Notes under the pieces: generated by a model | Told to the model about the DNA's origin: nothing | Databases searched by the model: none | Seen by the model: only the letters and a program-made list of their open reading frames with translations | IMG/VR virus record: IMGVR_UViG_2711768053_000020 | Coordinates: 1-45,210 of that record | Reading direction: 5' to 3' (one strand) | Length of the DNA: 45,210 nucleotides | Source: a virus | Taxonomy: Duplodnaviria > Heunggongvirae > Uroviricota > Caudoviricetes | Program-made: the position numbers and the translations under genes | Shown: in pieces, positions 1 to 9,738 of the stretch | Layout of the letters: each line of letters starts with the position of its first letter | Numbering within the stretch: the stretch's first letter is position 1

Positions 1-834
1 ATGTCATCTTCCATCAAACAACAGATTAGAGATCGCAGCGAGTACATTGGTTTTATCGAAAAATGTTTTGCAAATGCGCATCAATGCTACGTTGTCCATT
101 ATTCATGTGAATCTTTTTATGATGCTGTGGGCGGTAAATCCACAAGGATCACCTCTATTGCTGTCAGAAATTTAGGCAGTGGGCAAACAGATCATTGGGC
201 TCTTAATAGATCCGCAGAATTATTAGGTCTTGATGTTTCAGATGAAAAAAATCTCGATATCCTTGAGCATCATCTATTAGATAACTACTTTACATTCCTG
301 AAAAGATACGCACAATGCACATTTCTGCATTGGAACATGCGAGATAACAATTACGGATTTCAGGCCTTACAGCATAGATTTTCAGTCCTAGGTGGCGAGC
401 CCTTTATACTTACTGATGACAGAAAACTCGATTTAGCGAGAGCTGCCGTTTCTATATATGGACGAAGCTATATTGGGCATACCGCCAAAAGTGGCCGTGC
501 AGGTAGAATGTTAGCTCTTGTTGAAAAAAATGGTATCGCTGATAAAGATGTCTTAGCCGGCGCTGAGGAAGCCGAGGCATATGTCAAAGGTAAGTATAGA
601 GAGCTAGAAATGTCTACATTACGAAAGGTCGACATACTCTGTAATATTGCTGAGCGGATTCATGATCGTACTCTCAAAACTAACAATAAATGGTTTTGGC
701 CAAGAAGCTGGCATCCATATTGGTTAACGATGAGGCTCAAAGAACACCCATTAGTGACTGGATTAATAGTTTTAGGGATTTTCTTAGGTGTAATTACCAA
801 AGGTCTAGATCTATATGCTTGGTGGCAGCAGTAA
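1..834 (+). CDS. hypothetical protein (277 aa) with C-terminal hydrophobic segment
   Basis: ATG at window position 1 and an uninterrupted 277-codon ORF; C-terminal LVTGLIVLGIFLGVITKGL looks like a TM helix. No family recognised by eye. Confidence 0.45.
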   Translation: MSSSIKQQIRDRSEYIGFIEKCFANAHQCYVVHYSCESFYDAVGGKSTRITSIAVRNLGSGQTDHWALNRSAELLGLDVSDEKNLDILEHHLLDNYFTFLKRYAQCTFLHWNMRDNNYGFQALQHRFSVLGGEPFILTDDRKLDLARAAVSIYGRSYIGHTAKSGRAGRMLALVEKNGIADKDVLAGAEEAEAYVKGKYRELEMSTLRKVDILCNIAERIHDRTLKTNNKWFWPRSWHPYWLTMRLKEHPLVTGLIVLGIFLGVITKGLDLYAWWQQ

Positions 835-1046
835 AATGGGGTGTCAGGTCTTTATCGGGACACTGATACGGGGAAAGTTACAATACTGAGGCTGGTTCAC
901 GCTCAGAGCGTCAAAATTGTCCGTCACAGACTCGTCGCATCTGCACTTAATCCATATGACACGGATTGGACAGATTATATCCGATCCCGAACCACGCGTC
1001 TGACTGCACCTGCCGCATCATTTCACAGTGGTGTTTGATAAGGCTT

Positions 1047-1122
1047 GAGCCGTGTGAGCTGGAAACTCTCACGCACGGTTCTTAGAGGGGGCGTTGAAGG
1101 TAACTTCGGTGCCCTACTCGAC
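1047..1122 (+). mobile_element. group II intron 3' remnant (domain V plus domain VI-like hairpin with bulged A)
   Basis: GAGCCGTGTGAG...CTCACGCACGGTTC matches the conserved domain V consensus (GAGCCGUAUG...ACGUACGGUUC) at almost all invariant positions. It is followed by a GC-rich hairpin with an unpaired A near its 3' side. No intact reverse-transcriptase ORF lies upstream. Confidence 0.5.
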
Positions 1123-1170
1123 AAGACCGAAGATAGCAAAAAAACAACCCTACTTCATTCACCGAACTGA

Positions 1171-1476
1171 TGGGTAGCCAATATTCATGGCGGCAATCGG
1201 CAGCGCCCCTTCGAACGTAGTGACGAGGCCGAAGGTTTTTTAATAGTGACGTCTGCGGCCGATGAAGGCTTGGTTGATATACACGACCGACAGCCACTTG
1301 TATTGTCACCGGAGGCAGCCCGGGAATGGGATGCGCCAAGACGCCGAGGCAAGGAAGCAGAAGCGATTACCGACTACGGTGCCGTGCAAGCTGACAAGTT
1401 TATCTGGCATGCAGTTACGCGAGCGATGGGTAATGCGAAAAATCAAGGTGAATATCTTATTGTTTCAATTGAATAA
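1171..1476 (+). pseudogene. SRAP (YedK-like SOS-response-associated peptidase) 3' fragment
   Basis: Frame encodes ...GLVDIHDRQPLVLSPEAAREW..., resembling the C-terminal IHDRMPVIL region of SRAP/YedK proteins. The frame opens only after a stop at 1168-1170 and the N-terminal catalytic part is absent. Confidence 0.45.
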
Positions 1477-1553
1477 TAATGTTTTTACCTCAAATTAGCA
1501 TTATACTATTTCATGCTTTATTTACACCTCTTTAAATTAGGATAACAATTATA

Positions 1554-3302
1554 ATGGAAAACTCTAATAGCAATTTGATTGTAAAAATAGTTCATCTTCT
1601 ACAATCCGAAAGAGATGGACTTATTTTTATTGATGGAAAATGGGGAACAGGTAAAACTTTTTTTATTAAAAATGTATTTCCTCGTTTTTATGATCTTAAT
1701 GTGTTTTATTATATTTCATTACTAGGCGTTAAGTCTCTTGCAGATTTCAAAGCAAAGATTATTGACTGCTACTATCTTCAAGATATAGACACTCTTAAGT
1801 CTGGGTTAGATACTATTTCTGGTTTGGGTAGTGTAAGCAGTGGTTCTCCCGCTAGTGCCAATGTGCTTAATGGTGTGTTCAGTTCCATTGGTTCAAGTGT
1901 AAGAGAGAACATACTCTCCAAACTCAGTGGCATATTTATATTAGATGACATTGAGCGATTAAGCACTCCCTCACTGGCCAATGAAATACTAACTTATTGT
2001 CATTCGTTATATTCAACCTCAAAAATCTCTAGTTTGGATTTTATTGTTATATCTAATACATCTGCCGAATCCCACCTGTCATTAGAACATAAAGAAAAAA
2101 TTATTTCTGATTCACTTCATTACAACCCAAACCCTCGCGACATATTAGATATGAGAATAATTGAAGAAAAACTACAGTACTTCCCCACTGAAGACAAAAT
2201 GATTTTCGAAGAAATAATATCATACCATAACATAGTTAACATAAGAATTTTAATGAGGTGTTTAAATACTGCACTTCCATTATATTTACACGCAGAAAAC
2301 CACCCTGAACTAGAGTGGAAAATCGCCTCTAAAACCATACTAAGCTCAATTTTGTCATATTTTATCTTGTTATTTATCCATAACAAATCCATGGACGAAC
2401 TGATCATTGACAGCATCCAGCATATCCCACCCCAAAATTCCAGCAGCGATGAAAATCCACATGAACCGAGACTTTTGTCTACATTACACAATTATAAAAT
2501 TAATATTCACCTTAAAAATTACTACAGTGGTCATGTTTCTCTTTATGATATATTGGACGATGTTTTTTATGTGCCAACACCTTTAAGTACAATTGATATT
2601 ACAGTTTCAACTCGACCAGAACTACAGGAGACAGATGAAAAAGAATTTTTCCCCACGATTATTGGTTTAATTTCTAGAACAATACCATGTGATTTGCACC
2701 AATGGCTTAGGGCGGTTCAGAACTATGAATATTTGACTTATCATAAATATCTTCCAAAATCATCATTACTAACATTGCAGTTCATGAGTTCTAAATCACT
2801 CGAATTTAGTGACGAGGACATTATTACTTACTTTGAATTTCATAACAACAATCCAATCAGTAGTTGGACTAGTGGCTTTGATGATGGGAAACTTATATTT
2901 TCAATATTATCAGGCCGTCATAATAATATTGAAAAGAGAAAAAACTTAAAGGCAATTAAGGAAATTATTGAAACTGATGGTTGGGCTTTATTTGATGTTA
3001 ACTTATTACTCAAATTAGATCCCATGGGAAACTATAAAACGCTAGAAGTACTTGGCGCACCATTTTTGACCAAGTGCATTTTAAAAGAATGGAGCATTAA
3101 AGATATAGAGCAATTCAACGCTTTTTTAAGAAGTAATTATAGAATTAGTAACATATCTCAGTTTGCCACAAATGAAAAGCAGCGCCTTATATACCTCAAT
3201 CAAAAACTTGACATTTATTTCATAGGTAAGCAAGAAAGTTTTAAATATGGCGCGATATATGATTTAAACAATACAGTAAGACACGCAATTTCTTGCCTAT
3301 AA
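1554..3302 (+). CDS. KAP-family P-loop NTPase (582 aa)
   Basis: Long ORF in visibly AT-rich DNA; N-terminal Walker A within IDGKWGTGKTFF, the GxWGxGKT form typical of KAP NTPases. Confidence 0.75.
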   Translation: MENSNSNLIVKIVHLLQSERDGLIFIDGKWGTGKTFFIKNVFPRFYDLNVFYYISLLGVKSLADFKAKIIDCYYLQDIDTLKSGLDTISGLGSVSSGSPASANVLNGVFSSIGSSVRENILSKLSGIFILDDIERLSTPSLANEILTYCHSLYSTSKISSLDFIVISNTSAESHLSLEHKEKIISDSLHYNPNPRDILDMRIIEEKLQYFPTEDKMIFEEIISYHNIVNIRILMRCLNTALPLYLHAENHPELEWKIASKTILSSILSYFILLFIHNKSMDELIIDSIQHIPPQNSSSDENPHEPRLLSTLHNYKINIHLKNYYSGHVSLYDILDDVFYVPTPLSTIDITVSTRPELQETDEKEFFPTIIGLISRTIPCDLHQWLRAVQNYEYLTYHKYLPKSSLLTLQFMSSKSLEFSDEDIITYFEFHNNNPISSWTSGFDDGKLIFSILSGRHNNIEKRKNLKAIKEIIETDGWALFDVNLLLKLDPMGNYKTLEVLGAPFLTKCILKEWSIKDIEQFNAFLRSNYRISNISQFATNEKQRLIYLNQKLDIYFIGKQESFKYGAIYDLNNTVRHAISCL

Positions 3303-3310
3303 ATTGGCAT

Positions 3311-3347
3311 ACTAAGTCTCAGCCGAATTGTATAACTGAGACTTAGT
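3311..3347. terminator. perfect 12-bp inverted repeat (ACTAAGTCTCAG / CTGAGACTTAGT) between convergent genes
   Basis: Stem-loop with a 13-nt loop located 9 nt after the KAP NTPase stop and upstream of the umuC 3' end; no clean U-tract on either strand. Confidence 0.3.
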
Positions 3348-3425
3348 AATCAAAAATAAGAACATTTGATTTATCGTTTCTAATAAACTCATCCACCGTT
3401 TTCCGAAGAATCTGTCACCGGAAAA

Positions 3426-4700
3426 TCACCTGACAACGGGTAGATCAGAGAATCGGGTGGTGTAACGTGGAGAAAGCATTTCCCGTTTCATCTGCCACTG
3501 CTGCTGGATACCCTGTCCTGCAAAATACAGCGTCCCCCTCCCGCCTTTGGCATTGAGGTGATCCAGCACTTCCATCAGTTTCTCACTGCCCGGGCGCGGC
3601 GCGTTATCATCGAACAAGTTGAGCTGGGCCACGCCCTGACTGAAGAAATCACCCAACATCACCCCGGCTTTCTGATACCGATATCCGTCTTGCCATATGG
3701 CGTCCAGACAGCGGATGGCTGCACTGATGATATCCCGACTGTCCTGCGTAGGCGTCAGAAGCTTCACGGAGGCATTATTGCCATAATAGGGCTCGTTCAG
3801 TGCGAACGGGCTGGTCTTCACAAACGCCGAGATAAAACGGCAATACTGGTGCTCGCCACGCAGTTTCTCTGCCGCCCGCGAGGCATAGCTGCAGATCGCC
3901 TGGCGCATCTCTTCATACTCCGTGATACGACCGCTAAAAGAGCGGGAACAGATAATTTCCTGTTTCACTGGCGCGAATTCTTCCAGTGCCAGGCAGGGTT
4001 CTCCGCGTAACTCACGCACCGTTCGCTCCAGCACGACATTAAAATGTTTACGGATAAAACGGATGTCCGTATCAGCGAGTTGCAGTACGGTCTTGATCCC
4101 CATCGCCTCCAGTTTTTTCGAAATACGCCGACCGATGCCCCAGACTTCATCAACCGGCAGCGCGGCCATCAGTTTGCGCTGGCGATCGACACTGGACAGG
4201 TCTACCACCCCGCCCGTCTGCCGCTGCCATTGTTTGGCCGCGTGGTTGGCCAGCTTGGCCAGCGTCTTGGTCTGGGCAATGCCAACACCCACTGTCAGAT
4301 GCGTTCGCTGCAGAACAGTAGCACGGATTTCACGGCCAAAATCAGTCAGATCACGACAGTTACGTACACCAGTGAGGTCACAAAATGCCTCGTCTATCGA
4401 GTAAATTTCACAGCGCGGCGACATTTCTTCCAGCGTGGTCATCACCCGGTTAGACATATCCGCATACAGCTCATAGTTGCTGCTGAAGCACACCACCCCA
4501 TGGCGCCGGAAAAAGTCCTTCTGCCTGAAGTACGGCTCACCCATTTTGATACCCAGTTTCTTTGCCTCTGTGCTGCGGGCAATAACACAACCGTCATTGT
4601 TGGAAAGCACCACAACCGGCCTACCTTTGAGATCCGGGCGAAATACAGTTTCACAGGAGGCATAGAACGAGTTCACATCACACAACGCGTACATGATCAA
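3426..4700 (-). CDS. umuC: DNA polymerase V catalytic subunit UmuC (Y-family polymerase)
   Basis: 424 aa; N-terminus [20 protein letters not shown]...[15 protein letters not shown] and colinear similarity along the whole length to enterobacterial UmuC; start overlaps the umuD stop (ATGA). Confidence 0.95.
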   Translation of the reverse strand: MIMYALCDVNSFYASCETVFRPDLKGRPVVVLSNNDGCVIARSTEAKKLGIKMGEPYFRQKDFFRRHGVVCFSSNYELYADMSNRVMTTLEEMSPRCEIYSIDEAFCDLTGVRNCRDLTDFGREIRATVLQRTHLTVGVGIAQTKTLAKLANHAAKQWQRQTGGVVDLSSVDRQRKLMAALPVDEVWGIGRRISKKLEAMGIKTVLQLADTDIRFIRKHFNVVLERTVRELRGEPCLALEEFAPVKQEIICSRSFSGRITEYEEMRQAICSYASRAAEKLRGEHQYCRFISAFVKTSPFALNEPYYGNNASVKLLTPTQDSRDIISAAIRCLDAIWQDGYRYQKAGVMLGDFFSQGVAQLNLFDDNAPRPGSEKLMEVLDHLNAKGGRGTLYFAGQGIQQQWQMKREMLSPRYTTRFSDLPVVR

Positions 4701-5119
4701 CCCGTCGATTTCACGATGAACGTCACCACACCAAAAACATCGAGCGTTTCTTCGCTCCCGATGATGATAGGCGACCAGGCGCGGTTTTCAGGGTTAAGCT
4801 GGACAGTTGGCCATAACTGTAGGCGCTTAACGGTAAATTCCCCGTCCACCGCAGCAATAACGATATCGCCGTGCTCTGCCTTGCGTGAACTGTCCACTAC
4901 CAGTAAATCGCCTTCGCCGATCCCGGCATCAATCATCGAGTCACCAGATGCCTTAACGAAGTACGTGGCGCTGGGGTGTTGTATCAGTAGCTCGTTAAGA
5001 TCGATACGCTGTTCAACGTAGTCCTGAGCAGGGCTTGGGAAACCACAGGGTACAAGATCGCCATAGAGTGGAAGCGGCTGCACTGCACGCAACCCGGAGG
5101 GAGTGAAAAACTGCATCAT
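4697..5119 (-). CDS. umuD: UmuD (LexA-like self-cleaving SOS mutagenesis protein)
   Basis: Contains [18 protein letters not shown] and [17 protein letters not shown]...[17 protein letters not shown] motifs of UmuD. The track ORF begins at a TTG (5131); the tandem ATG ATG at 5114-5119 is the more likely start. Confidence 0.9.
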   Translation of the reverse strand: MMQFFTPSGLRAVQPLPLYGDLVPCGFPSPAQDYVEQRIDLNELLIQHPSATYFVKASGDSMIDAGIGEGDLLVVDSSRKAEHGDIVIAAVDGEFTVKRLQLWPTVQLNPENRAWSPIIIGSEETLDVFGVVTFIVKSTG

Positions 5120-5135
5120 AATCACCGTCAATTAA

Positions 5136-5155
5136 TACTGATATTATATACAGTA
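5136..5155 (-). promoter_or_regulatory. LexA (SOS) box upstream of umuD
   Basis: TACTGATATTATATACAGTA has the CTG-N10-CAG SOS-box architecture and sits about 17 bp upstream of the umuD start. Confidence 0.8.
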
Positions 5156-5223
5156 GTTTTTATTTAAACGGAGATCAATGGCATTAGCCACCATCAGTCA
5201 TCATCGTCGCATAACTCAATGAT

Positions 5224-5775
5224 TTACCTGGTTGCCGGAAATTTTTTATATAGCGTCGATATCCCAACATCGTAAATTAATGCCACACGCTGTCGTGATT
5301 CACCTGCTGCAACCAACCTTCCTGCCTGCGCCCACTGTTCATCAGTTAGCTTTGATCGACGCCCACCTATTCGCCCTTCTTCACGAGCCGCAGCCAATCC
5401 CGCCCTGGTACGTTCGACTATCAGCTCCCTTTCCATTTCGGCAAGTGCGCCCATGACATGGAAGAAAAAGCGTCCCATTGGTGAAGACGTATCTATGCTG
5501 TCGGTCAGGCTGCGAAAGTTAATACCCTTTTCCCGAAGCTCCTCCACCAAAACGACAAGATGCCGCATGCTGCGACCGAGTCGATCCAGTTTCCAGACCA
5601 CCAGCGTGTCACCTGCCGATAATGTCCTGAGCAGCTTTTTCAGTCCTGGTCTGTCGGACTTTGTACCGCTTATCTTGTCTTCAAAAATCAGCTCACATCC
5701 TGCACAGTTCAGCGCATTACGTTGTAGATCTGTGTTCTGGTCATTTGTTGACACACGTACATAGCCAATAAGCAT
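5224..5775 (-). CDS. serine recombinase, DNA invertase of the Pin/Gin/Hin/Cin family
   Basis: MLIGYVRVSTNDQNTDLQRNAL N-terminus with catalytic Ser, VVWKLDRLGRS and SPMGRFFFHVMGALAEMERELIVERT motifs, C-terminal HTH; likely start is the internal Met (MLIGYV). Confidence 0.9.
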   Translation of the reverse strand: MLIGYVRVSTNDQNTDLQRNALNCAGCELIFEDKISGTKSDRPGLKKLLRTLSAGDTLVVWKLDRLGRSMRHLVVLVEELREKGINFRSLTDSIDTSSPMGRFFFHVMGALAEMERELIVERTRAGLAAAREEGRIGGRRSKLTDEQWAQAGRLVAAGESRQRVALIYDVGISTLYKKFPATR

Positions 5776-5801
5776 GGTAGATCTCCCTGACAAAAGCAGG
5801 A

Positions 5802-6338
5802 ATGATGCCATTTGCTCGTTATTTCTGTATTTTCATAAACGTTGGTTTGGGAGAAGGCTCAGCATTACCTGTTGGGGTGCCTGTTCCGTGGCCTTCAGAG
5901 ACACCTCCAACAGGCTGGCTGAAATGCAACGGGGCGGCTTTTTCTGCTGAAGAATACCCGGAACTGGCAAAGGCTTACCCGACAAATAAATTGCCTGATT
6001 TACGAGGTGAATTTATTCGTGGCTGGGATGATGAACGTGGTGTGGATAGTGGGCGAACTCTGCTTTCAGCGCAAGGAGATGCTATTCGAAACATTACTGG
6101 CGGTTTTGGTCAGTTGCGCGTAAACAGCGAAATTAATGCAATTGTCGATGTTCAAAGCGTGAGTGGGGCTTTTTACGGAGGTACCTCCGTCCGGAATAAC
6201 ATCAATGTATCTATGACATACGCTAATGACCGAAAAATCCGACAAGATGTTCACTTCTCGGCGGCAAATGTTGTTCCAACAGCAAATGAAAATCGTCCAC
6301 GTAACATCGCCTTTAATTATATTGTGAGGGCCGCATGA
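5802..6338 (+). CDS. alternative tail-fibre C-terminal segment (silent orientation, promoterless exon)
   Basis: Frame reads through the crossover site (…NVGLGEGSALP…) so that inversion would fuse it to the constant N-terminus of the tail-fibre gene; WPSETPPTGWLKCNGAAFSAEEYPELAKAYP looks like a tail-fibre receptor-binding tip. Confidence 0.6.
   Translation: MMPFARYFCIFINVGLGEGSALPVGVPVPWPSETPPTGWLKCNGAAFSAEEYPELAKAYPTNKLPDLRGEFIRGWDDERGVDSGRTLLSAQGDAIRNITGGFGQLRVNSEINAIVDVQSVSGAFYGGTSVRNNINVSMTYANDRKIRQDVHFSAANVVPTANENRPRNIAFNYIVRAA
5830..5855. repeat. invertase crossover site (gix/hix-like 26-bp site), copy 1
   Basis: TTTTCATAAACGTTGGTTTGGGAGAA; the half-site TTGGTTTGGGAGAA is the reverse complement of the half-site inside the tail-fibre gene at 7799-7824. 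Confidence 0.6.
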
Positions 6339-6940
6339 TGAATAAAGCCGTATTGAATAGTGAACTCATTGCCATAAAAGCGGGAGACATTATCATTTAT
6401 AATTATGATGGTGAAACGCGGGAATATATTTCTACATCAACTGAATATCTCGCTGTCGGCGTCGGTATCCCGGCATGTTCCTGTTTGGATGCACCAGGTA
6501 CACATAAAGCTGGTTATGCAATCTGTCGCTCTGTAGATTTAAATTCATGGGAATATGTGCCAGACCATCGCGGTGAAGTTGTCTATAGTACCGAAACGGG
6601 AGATACCAAAGAAATCGCAGTTCCGGGTGATTATCCTGAAAATACAACCACTATCGCCCCGTTAACGCCATACGATGAATGGGATGGTGAGAAATGGGTG
6701 ACCGATACTGAAGCACAGCATAGCGCCGCAGTAGGCGCGGCAGAAGCACAGCGTCAGTCACTGATTGATACTGCAATGGCTTCCATTAGTCTGATTCAAC
6801 TGAAATTGCAGGCCGGGCGGAAGCTGACGCAGACAGAAAACACCCGACTTAACGCTGTGCTGGATTACATTGACGCGGTGACGGCAACAGATACCAGCAC
6901 CGCGCCGGACGTCATCTGGCCTGAACTGCCGGAGGCGTAG
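6335..6940 (+). CDS. tail fibre assembly protein (alternative copy, U'-like)
   Basis: 201 aa, follows the alternative fibre segment with a 4-bp overlap; C-terminal ...DYIDAVTATDTSTAPDVIWPELPEA resembles Tfa chaperones. Confidence 0.75.
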   Translation: MMNKAVLNSELIAIKAGDIIIYNYDGETREYISTSTEYLAVGVGIPACSCLDAPGTHKAGYAICRSVDLNSWEYVPDHRGEVVYSTETGDTKEIAVPGDYPENTTTIAPLTPYDEWDGEKWVTDTEAQHSAAVGAAEAQRQSLIDTAMASISLIQLKLQAGRKLTQTENTRLNAVLDYIDAVTATDTSTAPDVIWPELPEA

Positions 6941-7355
6941 GCCATTCAATATCTGGCGCACCGGAAGTATCAACCAGTTCCAGTGCGTCCAGATAATCCA
7001 GCCATAAATTATATTGTTCCAGCTCGTCACCTTTCAGACGACCAATAGCAGCTTTGCCAGGCCACTGATGGGTATTGATGTAGGTATTGACTTCTGAAAC
7101 CAAAGATATTTTTTTCATTTCAGCCGTCAACACCTCATCCTCTTTTGAAGGTGGTGGGGAATTAATCCATACTGGCCGTCCTGAACTGTCAGCGCCAATT
7201 TCTTTCCCTTCTGGATGCAGACCAAGAAATTGCTCATATGTTTCTCTGGTAATTTCAATAACATCATCAGGAAGCGTTCCCGCATCCTCATATTCTGGAA
7301 ACAATTCTTGCAGATAAAAACTTTTACTCCCGGGTGAAAAGAATACTGAGTTCAT
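6912..7355 (-). CDS. tail fibre assembly protein (expressed copy, U-like)
   Basis: 147 aa directly downstream of the tail-fibre gene; C-terminal ...DYLDALELVDTSGAPDIEWPTPP parallels the other Tfa copy. Confidence 0.8.
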   Translation of the reverse strand: MNSVFFSPGSKSFYLQELFPEYEDAGTLPDDVIEITRETYEQFLGLHPEGKEIGADSSGRPVWINSPPPSKEDEVLTAEMKKISLVSEVNTYINTHQWPGKAAIGRLKGDELEQYNLWLDYLDALELVDTSGAPDIEWPTPPAVQAR

Positions 7356-7357
7356 TA

Positions 7358-8101
7358 TTACCGTCCAATGATTAACGCTGAGACGCTGGTATCTGAAGGA
7401 AAGGCTGCATTCAGTGGTTTGTCGACTTTGAACACAATCGTATTATTCCCCCTGACAGCGGCAAAAGAACAAACCGCAGTCGCGTATGAACCTGTAATAT
7501 TACTGGATACACCACCATAAGCTGTTGTTGATACCAGAGGGACAACGCCCAGCACCTTATTAGGAAATACAAAGGGCAATGTGGCTGTGGCAATATAAGA
7601 CTTATTAGAGCCTGTGATGGCATAAGCATTATCAGTCATTCCATTCATCGCCACCGGGCCGCTTATACTTACAGTAACCATCTGAATGATTAGCCCGTCA
7701 GGTTGACGAATCACAAAATTTCCATTGCCACCAGTAACCGTCCAGAAAGACATATCAGGGATTTGGTTTTCCCCGTTGCCCACATTCCGTTTTGCCGCTT
7801 CTCCCAAACCAAGGTTTTCGAGAGCTGTTTTCACCGTGCCATCCGATTTGATATCGCCAAACGGATTCTTGCGGCTTAACAGCAGCGCACGAAGCGCGGT
7901 AAGCAGCTGGTCATGCCGCCCCTTCTCCAGGCTGGCACCGGATGCCTCCACAACGCTGCAAAGCTCCTCCTGCAACATGTCAAAGTAGTCATCATCCAGA
8001 TCGGTGGCAGGCGTGCCGGTCTGGGGGTTACCACGGGTAAAACCGTTCTTACCCGCGCCGAACTTATCCTTCTGCGCGGTTTTCGTGTCTATACGATGCA
8101 T
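7358..8101 (-). CDS. tail fibre protein (constant N-terminus plus currently expressed variable C-terminus)
   Basis: 247 aa ending the tail operon, immediately after the baseplate genes; crossover site embedded at residues about 94-101. Confidence 0.8.
   Translation of the reverse strand: MHRIDTKTAQKDKFGAGKNGFTRGNPQTGTPATDLDDDYFDMLQEELCSVVEASGASLEKGRHDQLLTALRALLLSRKNPFGDIKSDGTVKTALENLGLGEAAKRNVGNGENQIPDMSFWTVTGGNGNFVIRQPDGLIIQMVTVSISGPVAMNGMTDNAYAITGSNKSYIATATLPFVFPNKVLGVVPLVSTTAYGGVSSNITGSYATAVCSFAAVRGNNTIVFKVDKPLNAAFPSDTSVSALIIGR
7799..7824. repeat. invertase crossover site, copy 2 (inside tail-fibre gene)
   Basis: TTCTCCCAAACCAAGGTTTTCGAGAG in inverted orientation relative to 5830-5855; falls at codons about 94-101 (LGLGE) of the tail-fibre gene. 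Confidence 0.6.
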
Positions 8102-8104
8102 GGA

Positions 8105-8689
8105 TTACTCCGGATATTTAAAAATTACGTAGGTATGCGACGGGCAGAGTTTGTTAAGCACACATTCGACGACGGTGTCGCCCCAGATACGCAGTGCGGA
8201 ATCACAGGGATCACCACATGTCATCCAGGTGGTGTTGGTGGCGGATGGCATGTTGACCTGCCAGTAATACCGCCATTCCGGCGCATTCACCGCGTCAGTA
8301 CAGGCCGATGAGCAGGTGAACGTGCTTTTGTCGTATCGCGTGATGGTGGCGTCTGGTCTGCCCAGGGCAGCAAGCTGTGCAAGGTAAAAATCCTCATTGA
8401 TGCCGCCCGCCAGGTTAACCTTCGCATCCAGCCGTTGCTGACGCTGGCGAAGGGTCTGCGTCCCTGCGGGAATACATTCATCCGGCAGGCCGCACAGACG
8501 CTCCCAGCGATTTATCAGTTCAGTGGTGGTACGCGGATCCAGCTCCCGCATCAGGGCATCCGCACGCTTATGAACACGGGTTAATGACGGTGCCGCACCG
8601 GCAATCGCCGGATCGCTGGCTGACCATGCCGGACCGGGCGGCAACAGTGCCGATAACAGGCGGATGTAATCATCGTTTGTCACGTCCAT
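8105..8689 (-). CDS. baseplate/tail protein, Mu gp48-like (DUF2313-type)
   Basis: 194 aa, position between baseplate J-like gene and tail fibre; family assignment is from module position and recollection, not a search. Confidence 0.7.
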   Translation of the reverse strand: MDVTNDDYIRLLSALLPPGPAWSASDPAIAGAAPSLTRVHKRADALMRELDPRTTTELINRWERLCGLPDECIPAGTQTLRQRQQRLDAKVNLAGGINEDFYLAQLAALGRPDATITRYDKSTFTCSSACTDAVNAPEWRYYWQVNMPSATNTTWMTCGDPCDSALRIWGDTVVECVLNKLCPSHTYVIFKYPE

Positions 8690-9738
8690 GAAATCGTCCC
8701 CAGAACCGCCAGTTCATTTTTCGCAATGGAGATATTGTCTGCCGGTGCAAGCAACTGATGGCTGTATTCCCCGTTCGCACCGGAAATCGCTTCACTGATA
8801 CGCGATACCTTCAGTTCTCCCTGCGGATAACCATCACGCAGCAGGAACGAACGCAACTCTGCGGTGATGGCAGCCCGTATTTCCGGTGTGTCCGGCGTCA
8901 CGCGGATATGAAAATCCACCGTATGCGCCACCGGCCTGAACACATACAAATCAGAACCTGCCACCGGGGCCAGTGGCTCGATGTGTTGTCGTACTGCCGT
9001 TTCCGTTGACTCTTCCGGAATGGGATTAATCAGGTCACTGCCGGCAATCATCACACCGACAGTTCCCGTTCCCATCCAGTGGCGGTATGTCCATGCGCGG
9101 GTAATGCCGGGCACTTCTTTAGCCCAGACGACATAGTCCCCGTCAGCCCCGCCCTGCGGCGTCCAGTAATACCGCTCAATGACGCGGGCGCGCCACGTTT
9201 CCAGCTCTTCAGTATCAAATCCGCCTGTCAGAGTGTCAGCCACACCGGAAGACGGCAGACCATTCACCGGCGTGACCAGGATTAATGCCGTACCGTCGTC
9301 AGCGTTACCGACCGCGCCTGCACTTGAGCAGGCGATCGGCACGCGCAGGACACCACCGGAGCTGGTTGCATCGGCAGTTGCCGTGTACTGAACCAGGTCA
9401 TCGCGCTGAATAACACTCCCGGCAGTCACTTTCAGGCCATCGCTGACACCTTCCCAGCGCATATACCCGCTGGCAGCCGTGGCCCCCTTGCGCGGACACC
9501 GTTTCATCGCAGCATGTCGCGCCAGCCAGGACTCATCGCACAGGTCAGGCAGCATGTTCATTGCCAGATAATCGATGTAACCGTAAACCGTATGCAGCGC
9601 CGCCGCATACACCTTTGCCCGCACGTCTTCATCCATGCGCCGGAGCGTGTCGCTGACGTCCAGCCTGGCGAATAAATCGTTACGGAGCATACTGATATTT
9701 TCTGCCAGCGTCGGGCGCTGAAATTCACTGTCCGCCAT
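8680..9738 (-). CDS. baseplate J-like protein (Mu gp47-like)
   Basis: 352 aa, overlapping neighbours in the tail operon; size and position match baseplate wedge protein J. Confidence 0.8.
   Translation of the reverse strand: MADSEFQRPTLAENISMLRNDLFARLDVSDTLRRMDEDVRAKVYAAALHTVYGYIDYLAMNMLPDLCDESWLARHAAMKRCPRKGATAASGYMRWEGVSDGLKVTAGSVIQRDDLVQYTATADATSSGGVLRVPIACSSAGAVGNADDGTALILVTPVNGLPSSGVADTLTGGFDTEELETWRARVIERYYWTPQGGADGDYVVWAKEVPGITRAWTYRHWMGTGTVGVMIAGSDLINPIPEESTETAVRQHIEPLAPVAGSDLYVFRPVAHTVDFHIRVTPDTPEIRAAITAELRSFLLRDGYPQGELKVSRISEAISGANGEYSHQLLAPADNISIAKNELAVLGTISWT

Larger units (their letters stand above)
5830..7824. mobile_element. invertible tail-fibre segment (Mu G / P1 C / e14 P-segment type), about 2.0 kb
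   Basis: Bounded by inverted crossover sites, adjacent to the invertase gene; contains two oppositely oriented sets of tail-fibre C-terminus plus tail-fibre assembly gene. Confidence 0.65.

Noticed and set aside
841-1038. ORF 841-1038 as a possible C-terminal fragment of a group II intron maturase
   Set aside because: Only a weak LNP...W..Y resemblance to the maturase X domain and no RT motifs upstream; kept as an ambiguity in the findings instead of a feature.
3558-5021. Long + strand ORFs (150-325 aa) overlapping umuC/umuD
   Set aside because: They lie antisense within genes with strong homology support and have Arg/Ser/Thr-rich composition typical of shadow ORFs in GC-rich coding DNA.
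5156-5223. Direct-repeat att sites for the lambdoid prophage (compared with 38345-38450)
   Set aside because: No shared core longer than a few bp could be found by eye between the two candidate junction regions; the boundary is left as unresolved.
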